Assembly: GCA_964609695.1 (NCBI GenBank)
Contig: CAZSSP010000009.1
Coordinates: 1,522-65,521, forward strand
Length of the DNA stretch: 64,000 nt
DNA from: an uncultured Bacteriovoracaceae bacterium
GTDB taxonomy: Bacteria > Bdellovibrionota > UBA2428
Direction: 5' to 3'
The notes below the pieces were generated by a model that saw only the letters and a list, made by a program, of their open reading frames with translations, was not told the origin of the DNA and ran no database searches. Position numbers and translations under genes: made by a program. Shown piece after piece: positions 17,030 through 26,974 of the stretch. Each line of letters opens with the position of its first letter. Position 1 is the stretch's first letter.

Positions 17030-18393
17030 ACAGTCAATGCCGTACGAATAACATCCTCGAGCTGATCAGCAAGGCTTTTAATAACCACTGGGTCTTCAGC
17101 TTCGAGCATGATTCTACAAAGCGGCTCAGTCCCGGAATAACGAATCAACAATCGACCACGATCTTTTAATTTTGATTCCACTTCAGTGATCAACTTTTGC
17201 ACTTCGGGAAGCGTGGTGAAATCTTTTTTTTGTTTAACTTTTACGTTACGTAAAATTTGAGGATAAGGCGTCATAATCTTCTTCAACTCGGAAAGTTTTT
17301 TCTGTTCTCTTCGCATCACAGCCAAAACGCCTAGAGCTGCCATGGTGCCATCACCCGTTGTCGAATAATCGCCGAATATTATATGGCCCGAGGGTTCTCC
17401 TCCGAAATTTGAGCCTGCACTTCGCATATGCTCAACCACAAGACGATCGCCCACAGGGCAACGAAGTACTTTAATACCCAAAGTTTTCATAACCTGATCT
17501 AAGCTGTAATTACTCATTTGAGTAACCACTACAGTATCGTTTTTGAGTGCTTTTCGTTTTTTCAAATCAGCTGCTAAAATTGTTAAAGCCTGATCGCCGT
17601 CAACCACTTCGCCTGTTTCATCTACAAAAACACAACGATCGCCATCTCCATCGAGTGCAATACCAATGTCGGCTCGATATTTAACAACAAGTTCTTGAAC
17701 TTGAGAAGGATAGAGCGCGCCTACTTCGTGATTGATATTAGTACCATCGGGTTTATTCCCAATTTGAATAACTTCAGCACCCAGCTCTTCAAAAACAATT
17801 GGAGAAAATTTATAAGCAGCACCGTGTGCTGTATCTAGAACAATACGAATGTTCCGCAAATCCATGTTGGCTGGAAAACTGGACTTCACATGAACCACAT
17901 AACGGCCCATAGCATCGTCGATTCTTTTAGCTCGCCCCAACTCACCTCCAATGGGGAGGGAGGATTCGGGGCTTTCATTTAAAACCATATTTTCAATTTT
18001 TTCTTCGATATCGTCATCAAGCTTAAAACCATCGTGACCAAATAGTTTTATGCCGTTGTACTCATATGAATTATGAGAAGCGCTCACCATAATTCCAGCA
18101 TCAGCGCGCATGCTTTGAGTTAAAAATGAAACCCCAGGAGTGGTCATCGGGCCCACGAGTAGAGCAAAAGCACCCTGACTGGTAACCCCAGCGGCTAGAG
18201 CTTGTTCAATCATATAGGAGCTCCTGCGAGTGTCTTTTCCAATCAAGATTACGCTAGATTTATCAACTCGCTGACCCTGTCCTTTGAAATGCTGGGCCAC
18301 TGCACGTCCAACTTTTAGGGCTAATTCAGCGGTCATAGGGTAACGATTGGCCACACCGCGAATACCGTCGGTGCCGAAGAGTTTCTTAGTCAT
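17026..18393 (-). CDS. glmM: phosphoglucosamine mutase
   Basis: 455 aa. It has the N-terminal KLFGTDGIRG, the active-site loop VSASHNSYEYNGIK, DGDGDR and GEPSGH. Confidence 0.95.
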   Translation of the reverse strand: MTKKLFGTDGIRGVANRYPMTAELALKVGRAVAQHFKGQGQRVDKSSVILIGKDTRRSSYMIEQALAAGVTSQGAFALLVGPMTTPGVSFLTQSMRADAGIMVSASHNSYEYNGIKLFGHDGFKLDDDIEEKIENMVLNESPESSLPIGGELGRAKRIDDAMGRYVVHVKSSFPANMDLRNIRIVLDTAHGAAYKFSPIVFEELGAEVIQIGNKPDGTNINHEVGALYPSQVQELVVKYRADIGIALDGDGDRCVFVDETGEVVDGDQALTILAADLKKRKALKNDTVVVTQMSNYSLDQVMKTLGIKVLRCPVGDRLVVEHMRSAGSNFGGEPSGHIIFGDYSTTGDGTMAALGVLAVMRREQKKLSELKKIMTPYPQILRNVKVKQKKDFTTLPEVQKLITEVESKLKDRGRLLIRYSGTEPLCRIMLEAEDPVVIKSLADQLEDVIRTALTV

Positions 18394-18436
18394 AGCCTAT
18401 AGTTATATCCACTAGCCTAGCCTTTGACAAAGCATT

Positions 18437-18513
18437 TACTGTGCGACGTTAAGAGTGGTCACATAAAAGGGACAGCCTATGGAGAGCCCACCCACTCTTT
18501 AGGTCGCACAGTA
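18437..18513. repeat. 77-nt hairpin (22-position stem, 20 paired) in the glmM upstream gap
   Basis: TACTGTGCGACGTTAAGAGTGG (18437-18458) pairs with CCACTCTTTAGGTCGCACAGTA (18492-18513), with 2 mismatches and a 33-nt loop. No T-run follows on either strand. Confidence 0.8.
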
Positions 18514-18518
18514 GAAAT

Positions 18519-18941
18519 TTAAGGTAAAACGCTCATTCTGAGGCCCTGCTCTAGGCGTTTGAGACTCAAATTTAGTTGCCCGCTTCGAGCAGACTCCAAA
18601 CATCCACTAACTTGAGTCAGCTTATCGGCTTTCTTCAAAGTATGGGTGTAGGTTCCAGCGGCACATCCTTGATCCGGGACAGGGTCTTTAGCCAGATTTC
18701 GAAGAGTAGCAATAGACTCGCTCACATATGGGTAAACTCGATAACTCAGCTCTGTACCATTAAATAGAACTTTATCGTTTTTAAGCACCAATCTATTAAG
18801 GGTTGCATACTTTAGTTTGTTTAAGGTTTTTACTTCAATCACTTCTTGAGTCTTTGATTTTTTCTTCTCAGGAGAAGCCTGCAGAGCTCCCACAATAATA
18901 AAATATAAAACTGCGATCCCACGAAGCTTTTTACTACTCAC
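18519..18941 (-). CDS. secreted hypothetical protein
   Basis: 140 aa with an N-terminal signal-like segment (GIAVLYFIIVGALQA). Its start overlaps the upstream gene by 8 nt. Confidence 0.5.
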   Translation of the reverse strand: MSSKKLRGIAVLYFIIVGALQASPEKKKSKTQEVIEVKTLNKLKYATLNRLVLKNDKVLFNGTELSYRVYPYVSESIATLRNLAKDPVPDQGCAAGTYTHTLKKADKLTQVSGCLESARSGQLNLSLKRLEQGLRMSVLP

Positions 18942-20901
18942 AATTTTTCACTCCCGACTTTTGACCACAACCTAAACTCTTTTGTATCTCAGGATTGGCC
19001 ATAAAAATTCTCGTCACTCTGTCTTCATCTTCAGGATGCACATCATTATGAACACTCATATCCGCTAAGTCCTTTGCAAAATCACTTTGTTCCGGAGTAC
19101 AACCGGCTTCTTTTGTTAACTTAAGAACTTGAGCAGAAAACTCACCTTGAAAATTTTCACATCCATTCATCACTGCAAAAGACGCGACTGTTTCAAAAGC
19201 CAATCGATTTTTTTTCTTGTCATCAGAAGTTTCTTTAATTTTCTGCGACATAACCTGCCCAGACATCCAATCTGAAAAAGCCTCCTGCATTTGGCTTGTG
19301 CCTTTATGATCTTTAGCTGGCACAAAGCCACACGCCCTATGATCAGCCCAATTCTTTTCGAGTGATGCAAACCTTTTTTTCAAATCCGCCAACGCAGCAG
19401 AATTGGGAACAGCACCTTCATTTTCCATGGCTTTAATCTTATCGGCAAATCTTTTTTTAATGGCGTCTACATCTCCCATGCGAGCATGCACTGACTCATC
19501 ACTCTCTAAGCATTTCACAACGCTAGCAAAGGGATTTTGAGTCAAGCCTACGACAGTAGCCACAGGAAGAAGTTTCGGTTCTTTCAAAGTATATCTGTAA
19601 TAATCTCGGGCAATCCCGTCTTCAACTGAACACAAATCTGTTTCTCTTTGAGCAGGCAGTTTAGGAGTGAACGGAATATAACCTTCCATTGCAGTAGCCC
19701 CAAAAAAGCCACCCCCCATAGATCCATCAGTTTTATGTTTTTCACCAACAGCTTCACTTAACGCAAAACTCGCAGTGCAAGGATCAATAGCATGACCCAA
19801 CTCATGGGCAATCACTGTCTGTATAGAAGCTGCAGGCATTTGTAAAAACTCAGGGCACACCGTAAAACTATGATCATAAGGAGCATAAAAAGCATTTGGC
19901 CCAGCTCCACATGGACCAAAACCTGAAAAGCTTGCACCTACCGGAGGCACATTCATTTTTACTTTACGAATTCTTTCAATCATCGATTTAATTTCAGCAC
20001 CATTTGTAGAATTCATACGAGACTCTAAAACTTTAACGATTCGATCTTGAGTTTCTTTAAATAAATTATAAGTTTTATCGAGTGAATCTTGAAATTGCTT
20101 TTGAAAAGCTAAAACCTTTTCTTTAGTACCCGCGACAGCTACTGTTGTTAAGAGTGACTGTTCATCAAAGGGCCCATCACTGGAATCTATCTCGGGGAAA
20201 TTCATATGAGGCTGACTTCCCATAGTTTCTTGATCCATTGTCAATGAAGCGACCCATGCATCAACAGTTTCAGGTTTTAAATGCTGGCCAGATTTAACTT
20301 GAGCCTCTTCAATGTCTTTTCTAATACTTTTTGGATCAGAATAAATTCCATAGCCTGCTTCAATTTCCCTAGGCGGGAGATCCAACATAGCCTTAGAAAT
20401 CTTCACATAAGAAGCCTCTTCTTGATTAACCTCTAATAAGTCATAAAACTTTTTAGTTTTGGCTTTCATCTTTTCAGACGCGGCCTTTGCTTGTTCTTCA
20501 AAACTCATTGCTTCATTTTTTTTAGGATTTTTAGAGTTTTCAATTTTGTCTTTTAGGTTGGCCTTACAATATTGAAGAGTCTTTTTTAGCATTTTTAATG
20601 GATAATTTGGAAGCGATTCTCCATCAGAGTTTTTATAAAAACTTGTTGAATGCGAATTCTCCGCCAATCGACTACAAAGCGAAGAAAACTCGCATGAATG
20701 GGATTTATCCAAAAACGTACTTATAGATTTTTGAACTGAAGCCTTTGAGTTTAATTCATTAAGCGTAGCTTCCACTGACTTTAAATTAATTTCATCTTTC
20801 GTATGAGCCCTCTGGCGCCTAGGCTCAGCTTTAGTATCTGCGAAATTATTTGCAGCGAGCGCCAAGCTCAAAGTAAAAAATGATAAATTCTTAGTCATCA
20901 A
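18934..20901 (-). CDS. secreted putative zinc metalloprotease (HExxH)
   Basis: 655 aa with a signal peptide (LSFFTLSLALAANNFA), a single HExxH motif in VIAHELGHAIDPC, and multiple Cys residues. The family was not identified. Confidence 0.55.
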   Translation of the reverse strand: MMTKNLSFFTLSLALAANNFADTKAEPRRQRAHTKDEINLKSVEATLNELNSKASVQKSISTFLDKSHSCEFSSLCSRLAENSHSTSFYKNSDGESLPNYPLKMLKKTLQYCKANLKDKIENSKNPKKNEAMSFEEQAKAASEKMKAKTKKFYDLLEVNQEEASYVKISKAMLDLPPREIEAGYGIYSDPKSIRKDIEEAQVKSGQHLKPETVDAWVASLTMDQETMGSQPHMNFPEIDSSDGPFDEQSLLTTVAVAGTKEKVLAFQKQFQDSLDKTYNLFKETQDRIVKVLESRMNSTNGAEIKSMIERIRKVKMNVPPVGASFSGFGPCGAGPNAFYAPYDHSFTVCPEFLQMPAASIQTVIAHELGHAIDPCTASFALSEAVGEKHKTDGSMGGGFFGATAMEGYIPFTPKLPAQRETDLCSVEDGIARDYYRYTLKEPKLLPVATVVGLTQNPFASVVKCLESDESVHARMGDVDAIKKRFADKIKAMENEGAVPNSAALADLKKRFASLEKNWADHRACGFVPAKDHKGTSQMQEAFSDWMSGQVMSQKIKETSDDKKKNRLAFETVASFAVMNGCENFQGEFSAQVLKLTKEAGCTPEQSDFAKDLADMSVHNDVHPEDEDRVTRIFMANPEIQKSLGCGQKSGVKNCE

Positions 20902-20904
20902 AAT

Positions 20905-21726
20905 TTAATAACCTGTATGAACTTCTCCAGCTCTATCTCTAATAGTTTGAGAGGCATCTTTTAAATTTTGTGTTGTGTCTTTAAGGTTGCGAGTGGCATC
21001 GCTTAAATTTTGCTTATTTTCTCTAATCGCATCAGCGCTTTCATCAAGCACTCTATTCACTCTACGAGTTGTACTTACAATGGAGGCACGAGTTGTTTCA
21101 CCCGTTTTTTTAATCTCATTAGTCGTTTTCTTTGTGATGTAATAAATAGCCGCAACTACAGCTACAGTGATCACAATTGCCGCAACAACCCCCGAACTAA
21201 TAGCGTGCGCTTGGGGAATGATTGAATTAAGCATTTCATTAATAAATCTATTTAAACCTGAAACTTTTTCACTGGCATCAATCCCTTTAGATTCAATCGT
21301 AAAGAATGCTTCTAAGTTTTTTATATCAGCATTGGGGTCGCCACTCGGAGTGTAGACGGCTATTTTGTCGTTAAATTCCAATAAAAACTTTCCGTTTCCT
21401 GAAGAGCTCACTCGAGCTTGATGCGATCCATCTTCAGCCACAACAATAAACGCCAAATCATCAGCCGCCAATCGCACGCCACTTCTTTGAGCATTAATCA
21501 TTAATGGCTTCAGCCCGATCCAATCGCTATCTGAAAAAACATTTTCACTTTGAAACAAGGGCGTACCCTTAAGTTCCACATCTACGAGATTAGAATTAAA
21601 TTGATCGACCGCAACTTCTACAGTGTTGGCATAAGCTCGGACGATGGGCTTTTGATTAGCCCCGAAACTTAGAGAAGTCATAAACGCGGTAGACGTCAAA
21701 AAAGCGACGCTTCGTTTAAATAACAT
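20905..21726 (-). CDS. hypothetical bitopic membrane protein with a repeat-containing C-terminal tail
   Basis: It has a signal-like N-terminus (from ATG 21726, MLFKRSVAFLTS...), one TM helix (VVAAIVITVAVVAAIYYI) and a tail with reiterated NLxDxxxNLKD units. It ends 3 nt before the next gene. Confidence 0.5.
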   Translation of the reverse strand: MLFKRSVAFLTSTAFMTSLSFGANQKPIVRAYANTVEVAVDQFNSNLVDVELKGTPLFQSENVFSDSDWIGLKPLMINAQRSGVRLAADDLAFIVVAEDGSHQARVSSSGNGKFLLEFNDKIAVYTPSGDPNADIKNLEAFFTIESKGIDASEKVSGLNRFINEMLNSIIPQAHAISSGVVAAIVITVAVVAAIYYITKKTTNEIKKTGETTRASIVSTTRRVNRVLDESADAIRENKQNLSDATRNLKDTTQNLKDASQTIRDRAGEVHTGY

Positions 21727-21825
21727 ACGTTCCCCCACCTATTTCCATTTTAAACATTAACTTTTTCTATGCAATGAATAATTAAGATCTTAACACAATC
21801 TTAATTTGGCAGTAGCCCAGAGAGA

Positions 21826-22779
21826 CTATTGTATGCGAACCAAGACCTGGTCTGTGCTCCGCTGAAGCATTTTTACCTGCGGAGGAAGCTGCCAAAGCAG
21901 CTTTTGCTTAAATCGGCCCTTTTTAGAATCGGGAATTTCAACCCAAGCCTGAACGGCTTGAGAAGCCATCTTACTCATCACTCCGTCTGGTCCCTCGATA
22001 ACAAAATTCACGCTTGAGGGCTGAAGGACAGCATTAACAGACTTAGGATTAACTTCTTGTGCCGATTTGCCAGACCCCACTTTTAAGTGCACAGGAATTC
22101 CTGAAATTTCTTTTCTTTGCATGGGTCCATCCATATTTATAGAAACCATGACGGAATCAAAATTTTCAGAAACTTTAACACCAAAATATTCACTCAAATT
22201 CAATTTAACTCGAATTTCTTTATCAGAACTCGTGGGGTCAATTCGAATATCTTCTGTAGAAATAGATTCAATAAACTTAACAGTTTTCTTAGGTCCTTCG
22301 ATTTCAATTGTGCTGGGATTCACAGACACGCTTCGAACTTTAAACCCCTCGGGCATGCTTCCTTGAATAGAGGCTCTGACAGGCACACGTTTCTTAGCGG
22401 ATTGATCAAGACTAATTAGAAAAGTTTTAGGATTCACAGAAAGCACTTCTAATCCGAGTGGAACTTCAAGCATGTCTTCACTAAAATTAATTTCGCTTCC
22501 GCCCAAACGGGTTTGAGTGAGGTCTACTGGAATGTGCAAATCCTTTTCTTCCATTTCTTTTAAGAAAGCACGAGGCCCCCTAATTCTAAAACTCACCTCA
22601 GAGGGAACATTATTGGCAAAAATAGTTCCTTCTCTAAATTTAAAATCTAAAATAACATCTTTTGTAATTTCACTTCGCTTGCCACCAATAACGGCAATCC
22701 AAAGAAAAATAGCAAAAATCAAGGAAATCCCTCGAAGCATCCACAAATCCCGCTTCATTCTTTGAAGACGTCTAGACAT
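21826..22779 (-). CDS. cdaR: YbbR-domain protein, CdaR-like regulator of diadenylate cyclase
   Basis: 317 aa with an N-terminal TM helix followed by repeated beta-rich YbbR-like modules. Its start overlaps the cdaA stop, the canonical cdaA-cdaR arrangement. Confidence 0.65.
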   Translation of the reverse strand: MSRRLQRMKRDLWMLRGISLIFAIFLWIAVIGGKRSEITKDVILDFKFREGTIFANNVPSEVSFRIRGPRAFLKEMEEKDLHIPVDLTQTRLGGSEINFSEDMLEVPLGLEVLSVNPKTFLISLDQSAKKRVPVRASIQGSMPEGFKVRSVSVNPSTIEIEGPKKTVKFIESISTEDIRIDPTSSDKEIRVKLNLSEYFGVKVSENFDSVMVSINMDGPMQRKEISGIPVHLKVGSGKSAQEVNPKSVNAVLQPSSVNFVIEGPDGVMSKMASQAVQAWVEIPDSKKGRFKQKLLWQLPPQVKMLQRSTDQVLVRIQ

Positions 22780-23615
22780 TAGCTTTTCGCCTCCTCAGAC
22801 GCCGCACGGTCGGCACGCAATCCAACAGCCCTATCTTCTGCAGAAATCTCAAAAGCTTTCAACAATCGCTTTTGAAGTTCCTCAGCGCTCATATTCTTCT
22901 TTAAGTTTCCGTGTTCGACTAAAGATATTTCTCCACGCTCTTCACTAATCACGACCACAAGTGCGTCGGTTTCTTTACTCAAACCTACTGCCGCTCGATG
23001 GCGAGTTCCTAAACTTTTTTCAAGTCCCGCCTCTAAAGTCACAGGGACAAAGCAACCTGCAGCCGTAATTCGGCCATCTTCAATCAGCACGGCACCATCA
23101 TGCAAAGGAGAGTTTGATTGAAAAATAGAATATAAAAGCTCAGCAGAGACATCAGCGTTGAGGCGAGTGGCTCCCTCAGAATAATTTTTTAAACCGTGTT
23201 GCCGTTCTATAGCTATCAAAGCTCCCACACGATTTGCGGCCAAACTTTGTGCGGCTCTGCAAATTTCTTCAATGTCATGAAGCAAGCGACTCTTGGCTGC
23301 AGAACCCGACAAAAATGGATTTTTACCAATATTAGCCAACGCTCGACGAATTTCGTCTTGAAACAATATGACCACAATCAAAAACATGTAATCAAAAAAT
23401 TGCTTTAAAAAGTAATTAAAAACATAGAGGCGCATTCGATCGCTCAAAATATACATGAGCGATAAAACACCCAATCCAGTGAGTATTTGAACCGAACGCG
23501 TTCCACGAATTAAAAGCAACAATCGATATACAATAAAGTAAACGAGCAATACATCGAGCAGATCTTGCCACCTCAGTTGAAAAAAAAGCTGTGGTAAGAA
23601 TCCGCCGTTCATCAC
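22779..23615 (-). CDS. cdaA: membrane-bound diadenylate cyclase CdaA (DAC domain)
   Basis: 278 aa with three N-terminal TM helices. The DAC motifs are present: GALIAIE, HDGAVLI and LGTRHRAAVGLSKETDALVVVISEERG. Confidence 0.9.
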   Translation of the reverse strand: MMNGGFLPQLFFQLRWQDLLDVLLVYFIVYRLLLLIRGTRSVQILTGLGVLSLMYILSDRMRLYVFNYFLKQFFDYMFLIVVILFQDEIRRALANIGKNPFLSGSAAKSRLLHDIEEICRAAQSLAANRVGALIAIERQHGLKNYSEGATRLNADVSAELLYSIFQSNSPLHDGAVLIEDGRITAAGCFVPVTLEAGLEKSLGTRHRAAVGLSKETDALVVVISEERGEISLVEHGNLKKNMSAEELQKRLLKAFEISAEDRAVGLRADRAASEEAKS

Positions 23616-23626
23616 ATATTACCGTC

Positions 23627-25552
23627 TTAAACTTTCACGGCTTTGCCCATAGGGAGAACTCCACCCGAAGACACTTCAGATTTTTCGCTGCCGTCTTTGG
23701 ATTCGCTCGCCTTAGAGCCCGAAGTTGATAAAATCTCTTTTGTAACTTTTTTACCTGCAAATACTGCATCGATATCTTGAGCATCAATGGTTTCATACTC
23801 AAGCAAAGCATCCGCCATGGCATGCAATTTCTCAATATTATCACTAAGAACTTTTTTTGCTTTAGTGTGATTGCGCTCAACAATTTCACGAATTTCTTGA
23901 TCGATAAGCTGCCCAGTTTCAGGACTATAAGTATTATGAGAAACCAGTTCACGCCCTAAAAACACATTGTCGTTTTTGGATCCAAAATTTAAAGGCCCAA
24001 GGCGCTCACTCATTCCCCACTCAGTCACCATCTTACGAGCTAAGTCTGTAGCTCTTTCAATGTCGTTACTAGCACCAGTAGTAAAATGCTTGAAAATAAT
24101 TTCTTCTGCGCAACGACCACCCATCATATAAGCAATAAGGGCTTCTGCTTTTTCCTTAGTTAAAGTGTAACGATCTTCCGTTGGTAAACTCATCGTGACT
24201 CCTAGAGCAGGACCTCTGGGAATAATAGTCACTTTATGAACAGGATCATTTCCAGCCACCAAACGGCCCACCATAGCGTGTCCCGCTTCATGATAAGCTG
24301 TGTGCTTTTTCTCCTCATCGCTAATGACCATACTCTTACGAGCCGATCCCATTGAAACTTTATCTTGAGCTTCTGCAAAATCAATTTTTTGAACTTTATC
24401 AGAATCTCTTCGAGCTGCATGAATAGCTGATTCATTAACTAAGTTTTCCAAATCAGCTCCCGAATAACCAGGAGTTCCACGAGCCACTACTTCTAAATCC
24501 ACAGATTCATCGATAGGAGTCCTTTTTGTATGAACTTTGAGAATCTCAAGTCGTCCTTTGAGATCAGGTTTGGACACCATCACTCTTCTATCAAAACGAC
24601 CAGGTCTCAAGAGAGCGGGATCGAGAACGTCTGGACGATTTGTAGCGGCTATAATGATAATTCCTTCGGTTCCTTCAAAACCATCCATTTCCACCAAAAG
24701 TTGATTGAGCGTTTGTTCACGTTCATCGTGACCACCACCCAATCCTGCTCCACGATGTCGACCAACGGCATCGATTTCATCGATAAACACCAAACAAGGT
24801 GCGGCCTTACGAGCGTTTTCAAAGAGCGATCTCACCCGGCTAGCACCCACACCCACAAACATTTCAACGAAGTCAGAACCTGAAATCGAAAAAAACGGAA
24901 CAGAAGCCTCGCCTGCTACGGCTTTGGCTAATAAAGTTTTTCCAGTTCCAGGAGGACCAATTAAAAGAACACCTTTAGGAATACGACCACCGAGTCGAGT
25001 GAATTTTTTTGGACTCTTTAAAAATTCTACAACTTCTTTGAGATCGTCTTTAGCCTCGTCACAACCCGCCACATCTTTAAATCGAATTTTACTTTGATTC
25101 TCATTAAAAAGTTTTGCACGACTTTGGCCGAAACTTAAAGCTTTATTAGATCCTGACTGAAGCTGGCGCATGAAAAGATAAAAAATAAAAAGAATCGCCA
25201 AAATAGGTAACCACGACAAAAGCGCCGATTGCCAAAAACTAGCTTTAGCTTCGGGTTCATAATTTGGAATTATACCTTTTTCATTCAGTAATTTTAGATA
25301 AACTTCTGAACGAGTATCGCCAAAGGTTTGAAAATTTCCGCCTTTATTAAAATCAGCAATAAACTTTCCGCGAATTTCGCTATTTCCTTGAAAAGTCACT
25401 TCGGCCACTTTGCCTTCTTTGACTCTCGATATAAATTCGCTAAACGAAATGGAGTTAGGTGCCACTAAATTCTGTTGGCTCTTACTCACCACCCAAAGGA
25501 TTACAAAAATCGCCATTACCCAAATCAAAACAAAACGAAAATTCGATTTCAT
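23627..25552 (-). CDS. ftsH: ATP-dependent zinc metalloprotease FtsH
   Basis: 641 aa with Walker A GPPGTGKT, Walker B VFIDEIDA, the SRH block [20 protein letters not shown] and the HEAGH zinc site. Confidence 0.97.
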   Translation of the reverse strand: MKSNFRFVLIWVMAIFVILWVVSKSQQNLVAPNSISFSEFISRVKEGKVAEVTFQGNSEIRGKFIADFNKGGNFQTFGDTRSEVYLKLLNEKGIIPNYEPEAKASFWQSALLSWLPILAILFIFYLFMRQLQSGSNKALSFGQSRAKLFNENQSKIRFKDVAGCDEAKDDLKEVVEFLKSPKKFTRLGGRIPKGVLLIGPPGTGKTLLAKAVAGEASVPFFSISGSDFVEMFVGVGASRVRSLFENARKAAPCLVFIDEIDAVGRHRGAGLGGGHDEREQTLNQLLVEMDGFEGTEGIIIIAATNRPDVLDPALLRPGRFDRRVMVSKPDLKGRLEILKVHTKRTPIDESVDLEVVARGTPGYSGADLENLVNESAIHAARRDSDKVQKIDFAEAQDKVSMGSARKSMVISDEEKKHTAYHEAGHAMVGRLVAGNDPVHKVTIIPRGPALGVTMSLPTEDRYTLTKEKAEALIAYMMGGRCAEEIIFKHFTTGASNDIERATDLARKMVTEWGMSERLGPLNFGSKNDNVFLGRELVSHNTYSPETGQLIDQEIREIVERNHTKAKKVLSDNIEKLHAMADALLEYETIDAQDIDAVFAGKKVTKEILSTSGSKASESKDGSEKSEVSSGGVLPMGKAVKV

Positions 25553-25564
25553 CCTATTAGGATA

Positions 25565-26974
25565 TCATGGGCTTAACTTAGGACTCAAACGCTCCTCAAA
25601 GAAAGAGTCTAAGGCAACACAGCGCCCCACCCCTTGATAAGCGTATTTTTCGAATGGACAAAGACCAATTATGGCAATTTTCTCTCGAAGATTTTCAGCA
25701 GAAACCAACAAAGGCCATTCACGATGAAAGGGCCGTGGAATTTTGGCAGCTTCAAAATATCTACGTAATTCCGTAACTTCGCTTGATGCAGGTTTTCGAA
25801 TAACAAAAGAAGAAGGCAATTTATCCCAAATTAAGAAAGTTTCCGAAGAAGACGGCATCATTCCAGAAACTTTAAAATTAAGCATGATACTAAAATCGTA
25901 ACTTGTAAATTTCTTGACATCATTAAAATTTAAAAAGCTCCAAGCCATCGATTGCCCTAAAAACACTCTTTGCTGAATTGTCATCGGAATAGGCTGTCGC
26001 CAGGCTTGACCAAAAATATTTTCACGAGAAAAAACAAAGTGATCTGATCGCAACAGAAAAACACCTTTTTCATGCACAAGTTCTTCGCGATTGAGCAAGG
26101 CTTCAACCAAATTAGGAAGAGGAAAAACATCAAGAACTTTCATCCAATGGCGAATCGCCCTTCGCAACAAAGTGCGAGGCCAAGCTTCAAAAAGTGACAA
26201 AGGAAATTGTTCACCCACATTGGCCAGTTGAGATTCCAACCATTGCTCCCATTCTGTTTCTTCTTGGTTCAACCTAAAAGCTAATCGAGCCATATTGGCA
26301 ATCGATCCATGTCTCAGATTTTCCAACATTGGAAAGACTTCATTTCTTACGCGATTACGAAGATATTGTCCTCGCTGATTGCTGGGGTCTTCAACCCAGG
26401 CCACGGTGTTCCTACGCGCGTATTCAAAAATTTCGGCACGTGTGGCAAAGAGCAATGGTTTTTTCCATAAGCCTTCAATAGGCTTCATTCCTCGAAGCCC
26501 TTGAACTCCGCTCCCTGAAATCACCCTCATCAAAATTGTCTCAGCATTGTCGTCGGCATGATGAGCCGTCACGATAGTTTTAAATCCAATATTGTTTAAC
26601 AGAACCTCTAACTCGACTCTTCGCTCTTCGCGAAGTTCATCTTGAGAAAGTCCGTGATCCACCTTGAGCTTCACGCTGTGAAATGGAATATTAAGACGGG
26701 CGGCCAGAACTTCAACCCATAGCGCTTCGCGCTCAGAAGCTTCGCCCCTCTGACAATGATCAACATGAACAATAGCCAAATCAAGATTTAAAATTCTCTG
26801 AGCTCGACTCATTAAGTGAGCTAAGACAGAAGAATCCACACCGCCTGAGACCGCTAATAAAATTTTCTCGCTGCTTTCAAATAGCTGATTGTCTCGCGCA
26901 AATTTCACAAATCTTTGCAGAAGAGCATCCTGCTCCATTTGCGCAACATTGTCTGTAATTTCAATCAGCGACAT
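25565..26974 (-). CDS. tilS: tRNA(Ile)-lysidine synthase
   Basis: 469 aa with the PP-loop LAVSGGVDSSVL and the TAHHADDNAET block. It sits immediately upstream of ftsH, as in many bacteria. Confidence 0.85.
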   Translation of the reverse strand: MSLIEITDNVAQMEQDALLQRFVKFARDNQLFESSEKILLAVSGGVDSSVLAHLMSRAQRILNLDLAIVHVDHCQRGEASEREALWVEVLAARLNIPFHSVKLKVDHGLSQDELREERRVELEVLLNNIGFKTIVTAHHADDNAETILMRVISGSGVQGLRGMKPIEGLWKKPLLFATRAEIFEYARRNTVAWVEDPSNQRGQYLRNRVRNEVFPMLENLRHGSIANMARLAFRLNQEETEWEQWLESQLANVGEQFPLSLFEAWPRTLLRRAIRHWMKVLDVFPLPNLVEALLNREELVHEKGVFLLRSDHFVFSRENIFGQAWRQPIPMTIQQRVFLGQSMAWSFLNFNDVKKFTSYDFSIMLNFKVSGMMPSSSETFLIWDKLPSSFVIRKPASSEVTELRRYFEAAKIPRPFHREWPLLVSAENLREKIAIIGLCPFEKYAYQGVGRCVALDSFFEERLSPKLSP

